Positions 31,690-42,133 are shown, counted from the stretch's first letter. The stretch: DNA of 51,898 nucleotides from Candidatus Kaiserbacteria bacterium (GCA_963767115.1 CAVYCR010000002.1:1-51898); one strand, 5' to 3'. Notes: generated from the sequence alone by a model not told the origin. A program made the numbers and translations.

Positions 31690-32109
31690 TTATCGCAGTC
31701 TGCCTTCCTTGGCGAGATGCCCTACTGCACCAGTCACATCTGCAACAAGATCCCCAACATTTTGCCTGTACCTCCCGAGGTGTGCCTTGTCTGCAGTGCG
31801 TGCGACAAAACCTTCAACATTCTCACGAATCTTCCGGCGACGCCCTTTCCCTACGGGTCGTTTCTTCCGCTGAAGTCCCTGTTCGTATTCGCGGCCGAAT
31901 TGGAATGCTTGGTCGACCAGAGATTCGAGATCCTTGTCAAAAGGAACGGAACCGGTGGCGGTGTACAAGTGACTGAGCGGCCCCTGCATCGCACGACCGT
32001 TCTGGCCACGCACAACCCTTGCGGTACGGCTGTCGCGGGTTTTTGCCTCCCTATCAAGCACGACGTAACATATATCATCGCCACTTATGATGAGTCGTAT
32101 GACAAGCAT
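31690..32109 (-). CDS. Orphan basic protein, monocistronic
   Basis: GGAGGAG RBS, TTGTCC-17-TACTAA promoter, hairpin 31647-31680 downstream; preferred over the antisense ORF 31717..32112. Confidence 0.6.
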   Translation of the reverse strand: MLVIRLIISGDDICYVVLDREAKTRDSRTARVVRGQNGRAMQGPLSHLYTATGSVPFDKDLESLVDQAFQFGREYEQGLQRKKRPVGKGRRRKIRENVEGFVARTADKAHLGRYRQNVGDLVADVTGAVGHLAKEGRLR

Positions 32110-32201
32110 TGATTTTCTCCTCCAGGTGAGTTTCTACTGAGAATTAGTAGCACAGGGTTCACGGTTGGACAATGATCGAAACGTGGCTATAATGGGCGCC
32201 T

Positions 32202-32768
32202 ATGTCGATGATCTCATACAACGAGGTGAAGCCGGGTGTCGCTGTCATCGTCGATGGCGAGCCGTTTGTCTGCACGTGGAACAACATAATGAAGAAGCAG
32301 CAGCGCCGTCCGGTCAACCAGACCAAGCTGCGCCACATCATCAAGGGCACGACTATCGAGTACTCCTTCCAGCAGTCTGACAAGATCGCCGAAGCCGAGA
32401 TCGAGAACAGGCCGGCGGTATTCATCTACGAGCGCAACGGCGAATGGTTCTTCCATGACACCAAGAACAAGTCCCAGCGTTTCTCAGTGAGCGAGGACCA
32501 AGTCGGCGAGACGGGCAAGTTCCTCAAGGGCAACACCGAAGTAGAGACGTTGTGGTTTCAAGGCGAGCTCTTCCGTGTAAAGGTGCCGATCAAGATGGAG
32601 CTCAAAGTGACCGAAGCGCCGCCGGATGTACGCGGCAACACGGCTCAGGGCGGCACAAAAGTGGTGACACTTGAGACCGGCGCGACGCTCAACGTGCCAA
32701 TGTTCGTCAAAGAGGGGGACGTGATCCGTGTCAATACGGAGAATAGCGAATACGTCGAGCGCGTATAA
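32202..32768 (+). CDS. efp: Elongation factor P
   Basis: C-terminal RGNTAQGGTKVVTLETG...VPMFVKEGDVIRVNT...YVER. Confidence 0.96.
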   Translation: MSMISYNEVKPGVAVIVDGEPFVCTWNNIMKKQQRRPVNQTKLRHIIKGTTIEYSFQQSDKIAEAEIENRPAVFIYERNGEWFFHDTKNKSQRFSVSEDQVGETGKFLKGNTEVETLWFQGELFRVKVPIKMELKVTEAPPDVRGNTAQGGTKVVTLETGATLNVPMFVKEGDVIRVNTENSEYVERV

Positions 32769-32777
32769 CAAGCATGC

Positions 32778-32814
32778 AAGCAAAAAGCCCGGCTCTAGGC
32801 CGGGCTTTTTGCTT
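32778..32814. terminator. Bidirectional terminator between efp and rpsR
   Basis: AAGCAAAAAGCCCGGC-TCTAG-GCCGGGCTTTTTGCTT. Confidence 0.9.
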
Positions 32815-32827
32815 TGTGGTATTTGGG

Positions 32828-33025
32828 CTATTTGGCGACGTAAGGCAGAAGCGCCATGAAGCGCGCGCGCTTGATAGCGGTCTCGACAGCGCGCTGCTGT
32901 TTGCTCGTGAGGTTTGAGCGCTTGCGACCCATGATGCGGCCGTGCGGATTGATGAACTGCTTCAAGAGGTCGACGTCTTTGTAGTCGACGTGCTGGATAT
33001 CGTTTTGGGTAAGAATGTTATTCAT
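32828..33025 (-). CDS. rpsR: 30S ribosomal protein bS18 (zinc-free type)
   Basis: VDYKDVDLLKQFI...QRAVETAIKRARFMALLPY; no Cys. Confidence 0.97.
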   Translation of the reverse strand: MNNILTQNDIQHVDYKDVDLLKQFINPHGRIMGRKRSNLTSKQQRAVETAIKRARFMALLPYVAK

Positions 33026-33063
33026 AGTCTCGTGAGATTAACGTATGGAAATTAAAATAGCAA

Positions 33064-33537
33064 CTAAAACGGTATGTCGTCGGGGTTGATGTCATCCTTC
33101 GGGTAGTCGATACCGGTGGAAGATTCGACAGCCTCGCTTTCATCACCGAAACTGCGACCATCCTGCCCTGAGCCGGTCGAATGACTACCTTGACCCTGAC
33201 CACCGGAGGAGCGCGGACCGAACTGCACGCGCTCAGCAACGATCTCGGTGCGATATTTCTTCTCACCACTCCCCTTGTCATCCCAGCTGCGCGTCTGGAT
33301 GCGGCCCTCGATATATACCGACGATCCCTTCTTGAGGTACTGATTGACCGTATCGGCCTGCTTGCCGAAGACAACGACGTTGTGGAAATCGGCCTGCTCC
33401 TGCTTCTTGCCGTCGCGATCGCGAAAGACGCGGTTGGTCGCGATCGAGAAGTTGACGACGTTCATACCGCTCGGCATCGCGCGCATCTCAGGATCGCGCG
33501 TGAGGTTGCCGAAGAGGATCACCTTGTTGATATACAT
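33064..33537 (-). CDS. ssb: Single-stranded DNA-binding protein
   Basis: INKVILFGNLTRDPE...EGRIQTRSW...DDIPF. Confidence 0.98.
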   Translation of the reverse strand: MYINKVILFGNLTRDPEMRAMPSGMNVVNFSIATNRVFRDRDGKKQEQADFHNVVVFGKQADTVNQYLKKGSSVYIEGRIQTRSWDDKGSGEKKYRTEIVAERVQFGPRSSGGQGQGSHSTGSGQDGRSFGDESEAVESSTGIDYPKDDINPDDIPF

Positions 33538-33586
33538 ACAATAGCTGGCAGCTCTTAGCTTGTAGCTTGTAGGAAATGCATAAAGA

Positions 33587-34105
33587 CTAGTCGGTCGTGA
33601 GGGTCTCGAGGGCTTTGTCGAGGTCTTCCTCAGAGACGGGGGCTGCGGCCTCTTCAGCGCGGCGGGGGGTCGACTTAATGCTATCAGTGCGCCTCACCTC
33701 TCGCAAGGTCTGCATCTTGATACGAGCGCGAGTCTCTTCGCGCACCGTTCGAAATACGATCGCGCGCAAGATCTGCGGATCAACGGCAAGCGCACGCTCG
33801 AGTACCGAAGCACTCTCAGCGGGCGCCTCAAACTTGATCCATCCAAAGTATCCGCGATCGTATTCGGTGTTTTTGCCGTGCTCTTGTACTTCGATCGAAT
33901 ATGAAAGGCGGGTCAGGACCGGCGCGCCTTCGGCGATGAAGGAGCCGCTAGCCTTCTCGATGTGGCTGCGGATGGATCCGACGATCGTGTCGAGATCTTC
34001 CTCGTGTACTGTCGGCATGATGTGGTAGCCGACCTCATAGACACGCATCACGTCGCTTCCCGACGCGTCGTTCTCGTCTGCACGTATTACATTCTCTTCT
34101 GCCAT
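33587..34105 (-). CDS. rpsF: 30S ribosomal protein bS6
   Basis: YEVGY...RLSYSI...GYFGWIKF...ILR; rpsF-ssb-rpsR gene order. Confidence 0.92.
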   Translation of the reverse strand: MAEENVIRADENDASGSDVMRVYEVGYHIMPTVHEEDLDTIVGSIRSHIEKASGSFIAEGAPVLTRLSYSIEVQEHGKNTEYDRGYFGWIKFEAPAESASVLERALAVDPQILRAIVFRTVREETRARIKMQTLREVRRTDSIKSTPRRAEEAAAPVSEEDLDKALETLTTD

Positions 34106-34181
34106 ACGCCTGAGACTGTAGCACAGTGCCCCGCGTATCGCAAGAACCCTATAAGGCCTCTACAGAGCGATAAACAGGGCG

Positions 34182-34994
34182 TCACAACCCCTCAGGAAGC
34201 CTGAAGACGCGCTGCGCATTCTCAAGAATCTGAGTGCGAACCGCCTCCGCTTTCATACCGCGAACAGCCGCGATTTTCTCGACGACCTGCCGGACATACA
34301 CGGGCTCGTTGCGCGTGCCGCGGTAGGGCACCGGTGCAGCAAAAGGCGAATCGGTCTCAGAAAGTATGCGGTCCACTGTCACCACACGGATCGAATCGTC
34401 GTACATGTCGGTATAGGTAATGGGGCCCGGGAAAGAAAGATAGCAACCGAGATCGGCATACCGGCGTGCGATCTCGCCGGAGACCGTACAGAAATGAATG
34501 ACGACAGAGAGCGCATCGCCGTACTGCTTCTTGGCTTCGGTAAGGACAGAGATCATGTCTTCGTGTGCGTCGGTGCCCGAGGCACCTTGCGCAGCGGAGG
34601 CTCGGCAATGGATAATGAGGGGCTTCTGGAGCTCGGCGGCAAGCGCTATCTGCGGCGCGAAGCGCTCGAGCTGCGCATGCTTGTCCCTATCGGTCGGAGC
34701 GCGCGAATAATCAAGACCGCACTCGCCTATCGCGACGACCTTCTCCTGCTCGGCGAGCGCGGAGAAGCCGATCGTATCATATACCTCAGTAAGATTGTCT
34801 GTCGGATGGAGCCCTACCGCCGCCCATAGACGTTCGTTCGAATTTGCCAAGTGAAAGGCCTGCCTGCTCGTCTCCATGTCGACCCCGACCATGATCGCTC
34901 CAGTCTCGCTCTCCTTCATTCGTGCGATCACCGCTTCACGATCCCCGTCAAACTCCCTGAGCTGTAAGTGCGCATGCGCGTCGAAGTATTTCAT
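34182..34994 (-). CDS. tatD: TatD-family nuclease
   Basis: DAHAH, GLHP, AIGECGLDY, IIHCR, ETDSPF. Confidence 0.95.
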   Translation of the reverse strand: MKYFDAHAHLQLREFDGDREAVIARMKESETGAIMVGVDMETSRQAFHLANSNERLWAAVGLHPTDNLTEVYDTIGFSALAEQEKVVAIGECGLDYSRAPTDRDKHAQLERFAPQIALAAELQKPLIIHCRASAAQGASGTDAHEDMISVLTEAKKQYGDALSVVIHFCTVSGEIARRYADLGCYLSFPGPITYTDMYDDSIRVVTVDRILSETDSPFAAPVPYRGTRNEPVYVRQVVEKIAAVRGMKAEAVRTQILENAQRVFRLPEGL

Positions 34995-35031
34995 GTCAGT
35001 AGGTATTATCGTCCTTCAGAGACGGATTTCA

Positions 35032-36483
35032 TTAATCCTTGCGTGCGAAAATATTTTCTGGTTTTTTATTTTCGCGGACTGCATCGAGTATTTTCTTCGA
35101 TGTCTCCGGCATGATCGGCTCGATCATTTTTCCGATTTCATATACTTTCCGTACCATTTCGCGAATCATCGTCTTGCCTTCTTCAGGATCAGTTTTGACC
35201 ACCTTAAACGGCTGATTAAGCTGGATCCATCCATCGAGGTTGGTGACGGCGAGCATTACAAGACTCATGTACATCTGAAATTCGAATCTATCCATTGCAT
35301 TCGTTAACGATTCCTCAAATTCAACTTCCCCTATCGCAACTGGCTCGGAGAGGTTGTTCTGTGCGAGATTCATGACGCGGGACACAAGATTACCGAGACC
35401 ATTGGCGAGATCAGCATTGTAAGCGTCCTTGAAGCGCTCCATCGTGACATCGGAGTCGTCGGTCGGATGCACGTGACGCAAGAGGAAAAAGCGCAGTGCG
35501 TCGGTCCCGTATTCTTGTACGATCTCGACGGGGTCGATGACGTTGCCGAGCGACTTCGACATCTTTTGGCCGCCTGAAGTGATGAAGCCGTGGTAGAAGA
35601 CTTTGCCTGTCGGCGCCAAGCCTGCCGAGTGGAGCATCGCCTGCCACATGATCGACTGGAAGCGCACCTGGTCCTTGCCGGCAAGCTGGAGCGTATCGCC
35701 TGCTTGCCAAAACTTCTCGAAATTTCCTTCCGTATCCTCCGGCCAACCGAGCGTCGAGATGTAATTGGTGAGCGCGTCAAACCATACGTACATGACCTGC
35801 GTCTCGTCGCCCGGCACCGTGATGCCCCACGGCATCTTCTCGTTGACGCGCGAAATACTGAAATCCTCGAGGCCGGCCTCGACGAACTTGATCGCTTCGA
35901 GTCGGCGCCATTCAGGAATGATCACAGTGGGATCATTGAGATATGCGAGCACGTACTCCTGATACCGGCTCAATCGGAAGAAATAATTCTCTTCTTCGAT
36001 CTCGATCGGCGTCATGTTGGGATGGTTGGGGCATTTGCCGTCGACGAGATCGCTCTCCTTGATGAAGGCTTCGTCGCCGACGCAATACAGACCACGATAG
36101 GTCTTCTTGTAGATATCCGGACCGTCAGGACCGACACTCGCCCCGCAACGGCGCCACATCTCTTGTGCCGCGCCCACATGGTGCGCGTCGGTCGTGCGGA
36201 TGAACGCGTCGTAGGTGAGGTTGAGAAGCTTCTTGAGGTCGGAGAACTTCGCCGCGTATTCATCGACATACTGCTGCGGCGTTTTACCATTTTCTTGGGC
36301 CTTTTGATAGATCTTCTGGCCGTGCTCGTCGGTGCCGAAGTTGAAAAAGACATCGTGCCCCATCAGGCGCTTGTAACGCGCGATCGCATCGGCCTGCACG
36401 ATCTCAAGCGCGAAGCCGATGTGCGGCGCTGCGTTTACATAGGGAATCGTCGTCGTCAGGTAGAAAGGCTTTTTGTCGCTCAT
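35032..36483 (-). CDS. metG: Methionine--tRNA ligase
   Basis: YVNAAPHIGF, GTDEHGQK, YVWFDAL, KMSKS. Confidence 0.97.
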   Translation of the reverse strand: MSDKKPFYLTTTIPYVNAAPHIGFALEIVQADAIARYKRLMGHDVFFNFGTDEHGQKIYQKAQENGKTPQQYVDEYAAKFSDLKKLLNLTYDAFIRTTDAHHVGAAQEMWRRCGASVGPDGPDIYKKTYRGLYCVGDEAFIKESDLVDGKCPNHPNMTPIEIEEENYFFRLSRYQEYVLAYLNDPTVIIPEWRRLEAIKFVEAGLEDFSISRVNEKMPWGITVPGDETQVMYVWFDALTNYISTLGWPEDTEGNFEKFWQAGDTLQLAGKDQVRFQSIMWQAMLHSAGLAPTGKVFYHGFITSGGQKMSKSLGNVIDPVEIVQEYGTDALRFFLLRHVHPTDDSDVTMERFKDAYNADLANGLGNLVSRVMNLAQNNLSEPVAIGEVEFEESLTNAMDRFEFQMYMSLVMLAVTNLDGWIQLNQPFKVVKTDPEEGKTMIREMVRKVYEIGKMIEPIMPETSKKILDAVRENKKPENIFARKD

Positions 36484-36495
36484 ACGAGAGTTGTA

Positions 36496-37557
36496 TCAGG
36501 ATTCGGCACCCGTGTGCAAGCGGCGCTTCTCGATGTCGCGCACGAGCTCTTGGATAGTCGCCGCAGCCGGGACTGAGAGAATGATGCCTAAGAAACCCGC
36601 AAGCTCGCCGCCGATAATCAAGGCAAGAATGACTAGTAGAGGTGGGACTCCAACCACACGCGTGACGACAAGGGGATAAATGAGATGGTTCTCGAATTGT
36701 TGTGCGATCACGAAGAGCGCGAGTACGAGCACGCCAAGCGTGACGCCGCCTGTTGCAAAAGCGATCGCGACCGCAGGGACCGCCGAGAGCGTCGGCCCGA
36801 AGACCGGAATGATCTCGAAACACGCGGCAATGACCGCAAGCATGAGCGCGTGCTGCACGCCGAGGATCGTGAGACCCAGGAATACCATTACGCCCATGAT
36901 GAGCGCGAGCAGGAGCTGGCCTTGCATCCAGAGGCCGATCTTGTGTTGCGAGCGTCGCCAGAGCCCGAGGATGTACGACTGATGTGATTTGGGCGTAATG
37001 ATGCGCAGGAAGTCGTCGACACCAGTCTCGAGTACGGCGAAATAAAACGAGAAGACCGTGATGATGACGCACGAAAAGAGACCGCCAAACACATAGGTCG
37101 CGGCAGTGAAAGCATTGGAAAAGACACTGAGATTGAGTGCGCTCTCGACACCAGAGACAAGCGTCGGGCCGGAAATACTGCCCAGGGATGGCAGACCGAC
37201 CGCCGTCAGATACTGGTCGAAGGAGCCGATCTGCCCGAGATCGTTGAGGTAGGACGGTATCGAGGAGACAAAGTTGATGATGTCGGAGAAGAGCGAAGGC
37301 AGGAAGAAAAAGAATATCGTGAAAAAGACTCCGAAGAGCGCGAGGTAGACGAATATCACCGCAACCGCACGCGGCAGGCGAAGCCACGTGTTGAGCTTCT
37401 TCACGGCAGGCTCGATCGCCGAGGCGATGACGATCGCCGTAAGCACGTCGAGTACGATCCATTGGATCCTCCAGAGAAACCACACCAACAAGATCGCAAG
37501 AATCGTCTTGATGATCGTCGCCGTGGTGATCGAGATGTGTACGGGGCGTTCTTCCAT
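36496..37557 (-). CDS. AI-2E (PerM) family transporter
   Basis: Multi-TM; IPVFGP, QQFENHLIYP, GGELAGFLGIILSVP. Confidence 0.92.
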   Translation of the reverse strand: MEERPVHISITTATIIKTILAILLVWFLWRIQWIVLDVLTAIVIASAIEPAVKKLNTWLRLPRAVAVIFVYLALFGVFFTIFFFFLPSLFSDIINFVSSIPSYLNDLGQIGSFDQYLTAVGLPSLGSISGPTLVSGVESALNLSVFSNAFTAATYVFGGLFSCVIITVFSFYFAVLETGVDDFLRIITPKSHQSYILGLWRRSQHKIGLWMQGQLLLALIMGVMVFLGLTILGVQHALMLAVIAACFEIIPVFGPTLSAVPAVAIAFATGGVTLGVLVLALFVIAQQFENHLIYPLVVTRVVGVPPLLVILALIIGGELAGFLGIILSVPAAATIQELVRDIEKRRLHTGAES

Positions 37558-37585
37558 GCCGCTCATCGTAGCATGACCAACGGCG

Positions 37586-38961
37586 CTATCCAGAAATCAG
37601 CTCTAGAAGCTCGCTGATAGCTACGCGCTGCTGCGCGCCTGTATCACGGTCCCGGAGCGTAACCGTATCAAGAAGATCCGGATTTTCGCCGAGGGTATCG
37701 AAGTCGATGGTGATGCAATACGGCGTGCCGATCTCGTCTTGGCGGCGGTAGCGCTTGCCGATGTTGCCGTTGTCGTCCCACATGATCTGTGGCACCTGTC
37801 TTTTAAGAGCCATATATACTTCGCGTGCCTTCGCGACGAGCTCGGGCTTGTTCTTGAGAAGCGGAAATACGGCAGCCTTGATCGGTGCGAGATGCGTCGG
37901 GAACTTGAGATACGTGCGCGGCTCCCCGCCGAGCTCGTCTTCGGTGTATGCCTTGGAGAGGACCGCGAGGACATGGCGGCCGAGGCCGAAGGTCGGCTCG
38001 ATGGCGTGTGGCACAAATTTCTCATTGCTCGCGGGATCGAGGTACGAGAGATCGACGCCGCTGTGCTCGATGTGATTCTTGAGATCGAAATCGGTGCGGT
38101 ACGCGATGCCGCCGATCTCGTCGAATTTGTGATCGAATTTGAAATGGAAATCGACGGTACGCTTCGAGTAATGCGCGCGCTCGCCGTCGGGGATCTCCAC
38201 CTCGCGCATGTCGCCTTCCATGAATCCGAGCATGGCAAACCACCCGCGGCACTGCGAGAGCCATTCTTCGAATTGCGCCTGCCATTCCCCTTCGGCGACG
38301 AAGTATTCGAATTCCATGATCTCGAGCTCGCGCACGCGGAAGATAAAATCACGCGGCGCAATTTCGTTGCTGAAAATTACGCCCGATCTGCGCAATGCCA
38401 AACGGCAACTTCGGATGGTACGAATCGATGATGTTCTTGAAATTAACGAACATGCCTTGTGCCGTCTCTGGTCGCAAATATACAGTCGTATCACTTCCGT
38501 CGACTGAGCCGACGGACGTCTTGAACATCATATTGAACTGTTGCGGTGCAGAAAGCGCATTACCCTCCGGACTTTTGATACCGCGCTCAACGATCACTTC
38601 ACCCATCTGTGCAAGACTCATTCCCGTCGGATCGACACCATTCTCTTCAAGGAGATGATCAGCGCGATAACGCTTCTTGGTCTTCATGTCGGCAACAAGA
38701 GGGTCGTGGAAACCACCGACATGTCCGCTCGCTTCCCATACGCGCGGGTTCATGAGTATCGCCGAATCGATGCCGACACATGTCGTCGCGCTCCTGCACA
38801 AACATGCGCCACCAGAGTTGTGAAATATTATTCTTGAGCTCCACGCCGAGCGGACCATAGTCAAAAGTGCCTGCAAGTCCGCCATAGATCTCAGAGCCCG
38901 GGTAGATGAAGCCGCGGCGCTTGCAGAGCGAGACAATCTTTTCCATTTTGCTTTCGGCCAT
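37586..38961 (-). CDS. glyS: Glycine--tRNA ligase, alpha2 type, two 1-nt frameshifts (~38779, ~38370)
   Basis: [56 protein letters not shown]. Confidence 0.95.
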
Positions 38962-38988
38962 ACCTCGGCAGTATACCGAAAAATCCCA

Positions 38989-40998
38989 CTACTGCACCAC
39001 AGTCGCCTTGATGCCGCTGAAATTGGGGTCGGTACTTACTTGCATATTAGGGTCTGAGAGCGCCGGATCGTTGAGGTTGGTCGTGATGTCGGGCCGTGCC
39101 TTGAGGTTGACCTCCTGCTGAGTCGACTCGTCAGTACCGGTGAGCGATATGTTTTGCAAGAGCGTCGGAGTCTCTCCTACTTGCGAGGTCGAGGGAGTGA
39201 AGCCTACTTCAAAGGCGACGACATCCGGCGAGGTGCCGTCGACGCCGACACCCGGCGGGATGTCGCCAATGTCCCATGTGATCGTGCCGTTGGTCGAGTT
39301 GAAACTGAGCTTGCCAGTCGAGGGGTCGCAGACACTCGCAGGCGAGCACTTGCCGGTATAGCGCACATAGGGCGGCATCGCGGCGGTAAGCACTGCGTTT
39401 TGGATCGTGTTGGTAGTGTTGGTCAGGCTGAAGACGATCGCGTAACGTGTCTCGGTGTTGGCCTGCGGAGGCAGAGGACCGGTCTGCCCATATGGCGAGT
39501 TGGCATAGAGTGCTGTGGCGGAAAACTGCAGGTTGCTCGCTATAGCTATCGTACGCTGCGCTACTGACTGCAGTGTCTGCGGCACACCGTTGACTGCCAC
39601 AGGGTTGCCCGCAGCGTTGATCGACATGCCGATCGTCGGACTCGATACACCTTGTAGTGTGCTCCCTTCTGGTACTTGGAAGCTAAAGGTAAGTACGCCC
39701 GTCGCTCCCGGCGCGATTGATGCGAGATCAGGGTCGGTCGTTTGGTTCCAGAGTATCGTGTTGTCGCTTGAACGATAGAAACCGTTCTCTGAGAGCGTGC
39801 TCGTGCCCACGATCGGCTCTCCGGAGAGCTTCGCGACAACCGTCGCTCCGGTAATCGTACTCGAGAGGTTGTTTACATAGCTGATAGAAACGTTGACTCT
39901 ATCGCCTGGTGCCACGTCGCTCACCGTACTCGTCGAGCCGTTGACTGCTACCGCAAGTCCGAGGAAAGGTTGCGAGATAGTGACGGGCAACTGGCTCGTC
40001 GCAAGCGGTACCTGCACAGTACTCGATGCGGCGCTTGAGCGTGTGCCCGCGCTGAAATTGAATACGCGGTTGTCGCCTTCTTCGCCGGTGAGCACTCCTG
40101 TGAGCGTGACGGTATCTTTCTGCCCCGGGGAGAGCGTGCCGAGCTGCCAGAGATTGCCGTTGGTGACCGACGGTGAGGTCGATGTAAGGTTGAAGCCGAA
40201 AGGCAAGGTCGCTTGCAGAAGAAGATCGTTGATCGGGGCGGTCGCGTTGGAGGAGATGGTCGCAGTGATCTGGAACGGCTGGCCGGAGATCGCCTGCGAA
40301 TCACCAGTAACGACGATCGAGATCGGCGAGGAACTGTAGGTAAACGCATAATCAGAGTCGGCGGTGAAAGTAGAATTAGAACCATTGAGCTGATATTGCA
40401 GCTCGACCTTCACATCGCCGGGCGAGCCTTGTGTACCGTTAAAGACTGCGTACACGACGCCTTGCTTGGTCTGGTTGGGAGCGATCGTACCGAGATCTTG
40501 TTCGAGGTCAGGGAGCGATGTCGTGTAGTCTGTCGCTGAGCGCGTGCCGTCGGGGTAGGTCACGACAAGACTCGCGCCTTGGAGCGGTACGGAATTGTGG
40601 TTGGTGATGGAAACCTCAAGCTCGGTCTGCGAGCCTGACTGGATCTGCGGCGGCCCGGAGACGACGATGCTGATGTTGGAGGGTGAAGTGCCCGTGCTTC
40701 CCCCGCCGACAGTGAAGTAATAGATGAAAAAGAGAACGGCACAGGCGAAGAAGATGATCGCGATCGTAAGGAGCCACCAGAGCGCGCTGCGTATCAGCGT
40801 GATCCCGCGCGGCGCGACCATCGTCTTGGGGAGCTCTTCGTCTTCATGATTCCAGTCGTCGGGCAGCGCGTTTTCCTCCGGATCAAAGGCGCGGCGTTCG
40901 CGGTCTTTGAGCTTGGGCGAGAGCGAGCGTGAATACATCGCACGTCGCAAGCGGTCGATCTTCTCTACGTCTTCGCCTGAAGGATCACGCTGCGGCAT
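38989..40998 (-). CDS. Membrane-anchored protein with tandem Ig-like (DUF11-type) domains
   Basis: 669 aa, one TM near residue 75-95, repeated beta-rich domains (WQLGTLSPG, WDIGDIPPG). Confidence 0.85.
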   Translation of the reverse strand: MPQRDPSGEDVEKIDRLRRAMYSRSLSPKLKDRERRAFDPEENALPDDWNHEDEELPKTMVAPRGITLIRSALWWLLTIAIIFFACAVLFFIYYFTVGGGSTGTSPSNISIVVSGPPQIQSGSQTELEVSITNHNSVPLQGASLVVTYPDGTRSATDYTTSLPDLEQDLGTIAPNQTKQGVVYAVFNGTQGSPGDVKVELQYQLNGSNSTFTADSDYAFTYSSSPISIVVTGDSQAISGQPFQITATISSNATAPINDLLLQATLPFGFNLTSTSPSVTNGNLWQLGTLSPGQKDTVTLTGVLTGEEGDNRVFNFSAGTRSSAASSTVQVPLATSQLPVTISQPFLGLAVAVNGSTSTVSDVAPGDRVNVSISYVNNLSSTITGATVVAKLSGEPIVGTSTLSENGFYRSSDNTILWNQTTDPDLASIAPGATGVLTFSFQVPEGSTLQGVSSPTIGMSINAAGNPVAVNGVPQTLQSVAQRTIAIASNLQFSATALYANSPYGQTGPLPPQANTETRYAIVFSLTNTTNTIQNAVLTAAMPPYVRYTGKCSPASVCDPSTGKLSFNSTNGTITWDIGDIPPGVGVDGTSPDVVAFEVGFTPSTSQVGETPTLLQNISLTGTDESTQQEVNLKARPDITTNLNDPALSDPNMQVSTDPNFSGIKATVVQ

Positions 40999-41054
40999 TG
41001 CATGATTATATCATTGTACCTCGCCGAAACTTTAGTGAAGGAGGGCTGTACTGC

Positions 41055-41630
41055 CTACAAATGAGTATTGCCCAGTGCCCTATTAATAGAAGACAATAAC
41101 GCCTCGCGCATACCCTCCGCTTCGTCGAGATGATCGGGGGCGTACATCGTGTGGGTGAAAAGCGCCGTCTCAAGCGCCTCAGATGAGATATACCCGAGCG
41201 CATAGAGAATACGTGCGACCGCGACGATCTCGACCATCGGCAGCGCTTCGACGGCACGGGCCGTCAAAGTCTCGTGCGTCTGGGCGAGGACGTCGTAGAG
41301 ATATTCATTGCGCTCTTCTCCGGCAATGAGGCGAATGACGAGCTCGGACATGCGCGCAAACACGCCGAGTACTTTTAGATCAGTACCGCCGAGACTCGAT
41401 AGCGCCGAGGCGCCCGCGAGCCGCCAGCCGCTTTTGCCGCGCACGAGTGCGACGTCGGCGCGCGCATAGAGCTGAAGCGCGCTTCGCATCTTCGACTTCT
41501 CGCTGCGCACCGAGGTAGCACGTGCGCGCACGAGACCAAACTCCCGCGTATACAGTACGAAGCTCTTGTCTGCTTCCCCGCTCTCACGCGCAGCAAGTAC
41601 TATCGCCTCTGTCTGATATTTTTGGTACAT
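41055..41630 (-). CDS. recO: DNA repair protein RecO
   Basis: TEAIVL...GEADK...YTREFGLV.ARA.SVR..KSK OB-fold. Confidence 0.88.
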   Translation of the reverse strand: MYQKYQTEAIVLAARESGEADKSFVLYTREFGLVRARATSVRSEKSKMRSALQLYARADVALVRGKSGWRLAGASALSSLGGTDLKVLGVFARMSELVIRLIAGEERNEYLYDVLAQTHETLTARAVEALPMVEIVAVARILYALGYISSEALETALFTHTMYAPDHLDEAEGMREALLSSINRALGNTHL

Positions 41631-41633
41631 ACT

Positions 41634-41915
41634 TCAGATACGCCGTTTATATATTTTACTGCGATGATCGATAAAGTGCACAAGCATAACTCTATTCACG
41701 GCATCAAACGTATAGACCGCGCGCCAATCACCAATACGAACCTTGAAAAATCCTTTCCACTGCGCATGAAGCGGTACTGGCGTTACATCTTCAAAATGTC
41801 CGGCAACCCATGCGAGCTTGTCTATAATTTCGCGACGCAACGCGCGATCCAGTTTCGCTATGTCATCCTGCGCAACGCGCGAGAATTCCTGACCCCAAGC
41901 CATACTGATGTGCAT
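41634..41915 (-). CDS. RelE/ParE family toxin
   Basis: DIAKLD...FFKVRIGDWRAVY...HRSKIY. Confidence 0.88.
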   Translation of the reverse strand: MHISMAWGQEFSRVAQDDIAKLDRALRREIIDKLAWVAGHFEDVTPVPLHAQWKGFFKVRIGDWRAVYTFDAVNRVMLVHFIDHRSKIYKRRI

Positions 41916-41922
41916 TTACTAA

Positions 41923-42120
41923 TTAATAGTATTTCTTTCGGATTACCGATAGCGGGACCGATGCGGTTTTAGCATCGCGAATCTTTCGTAGGCGTTTCTT
42001 CGCGTTCTCAGTGAGCTCCAATCCCGCATCCGGATCACTCATGGTTTCGCGCATTGTCGTTGCCACTGATGCCCCGGTTTGAGACTTGTTTTTCTTATAC
42101 TTTTGGGTAGCAGTTACCAT
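41923..42120 (-). CDS. Putative antitoxin
   Basis: 65 aa directly upstream of the toxin; DPDAGLELTE motif; TATAAT 7 nt before the ATG. Confidence 0.7.
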   Translation of the reverse strand: MVTATQKYKKNKSQTGASVATTMRETMSDPDAGLELTENAKKRLRKIRDAKTASVPLSVIRKKYY

Positions 42121-42133
42121 GTCATGAATTATA

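Noticed and set aside
39103-39114. GAGGTTGACCTC as another RAYT palindrome
   Set aside because: 2-nt centre, no extended arms, and inside a coding region; compatible with chance.
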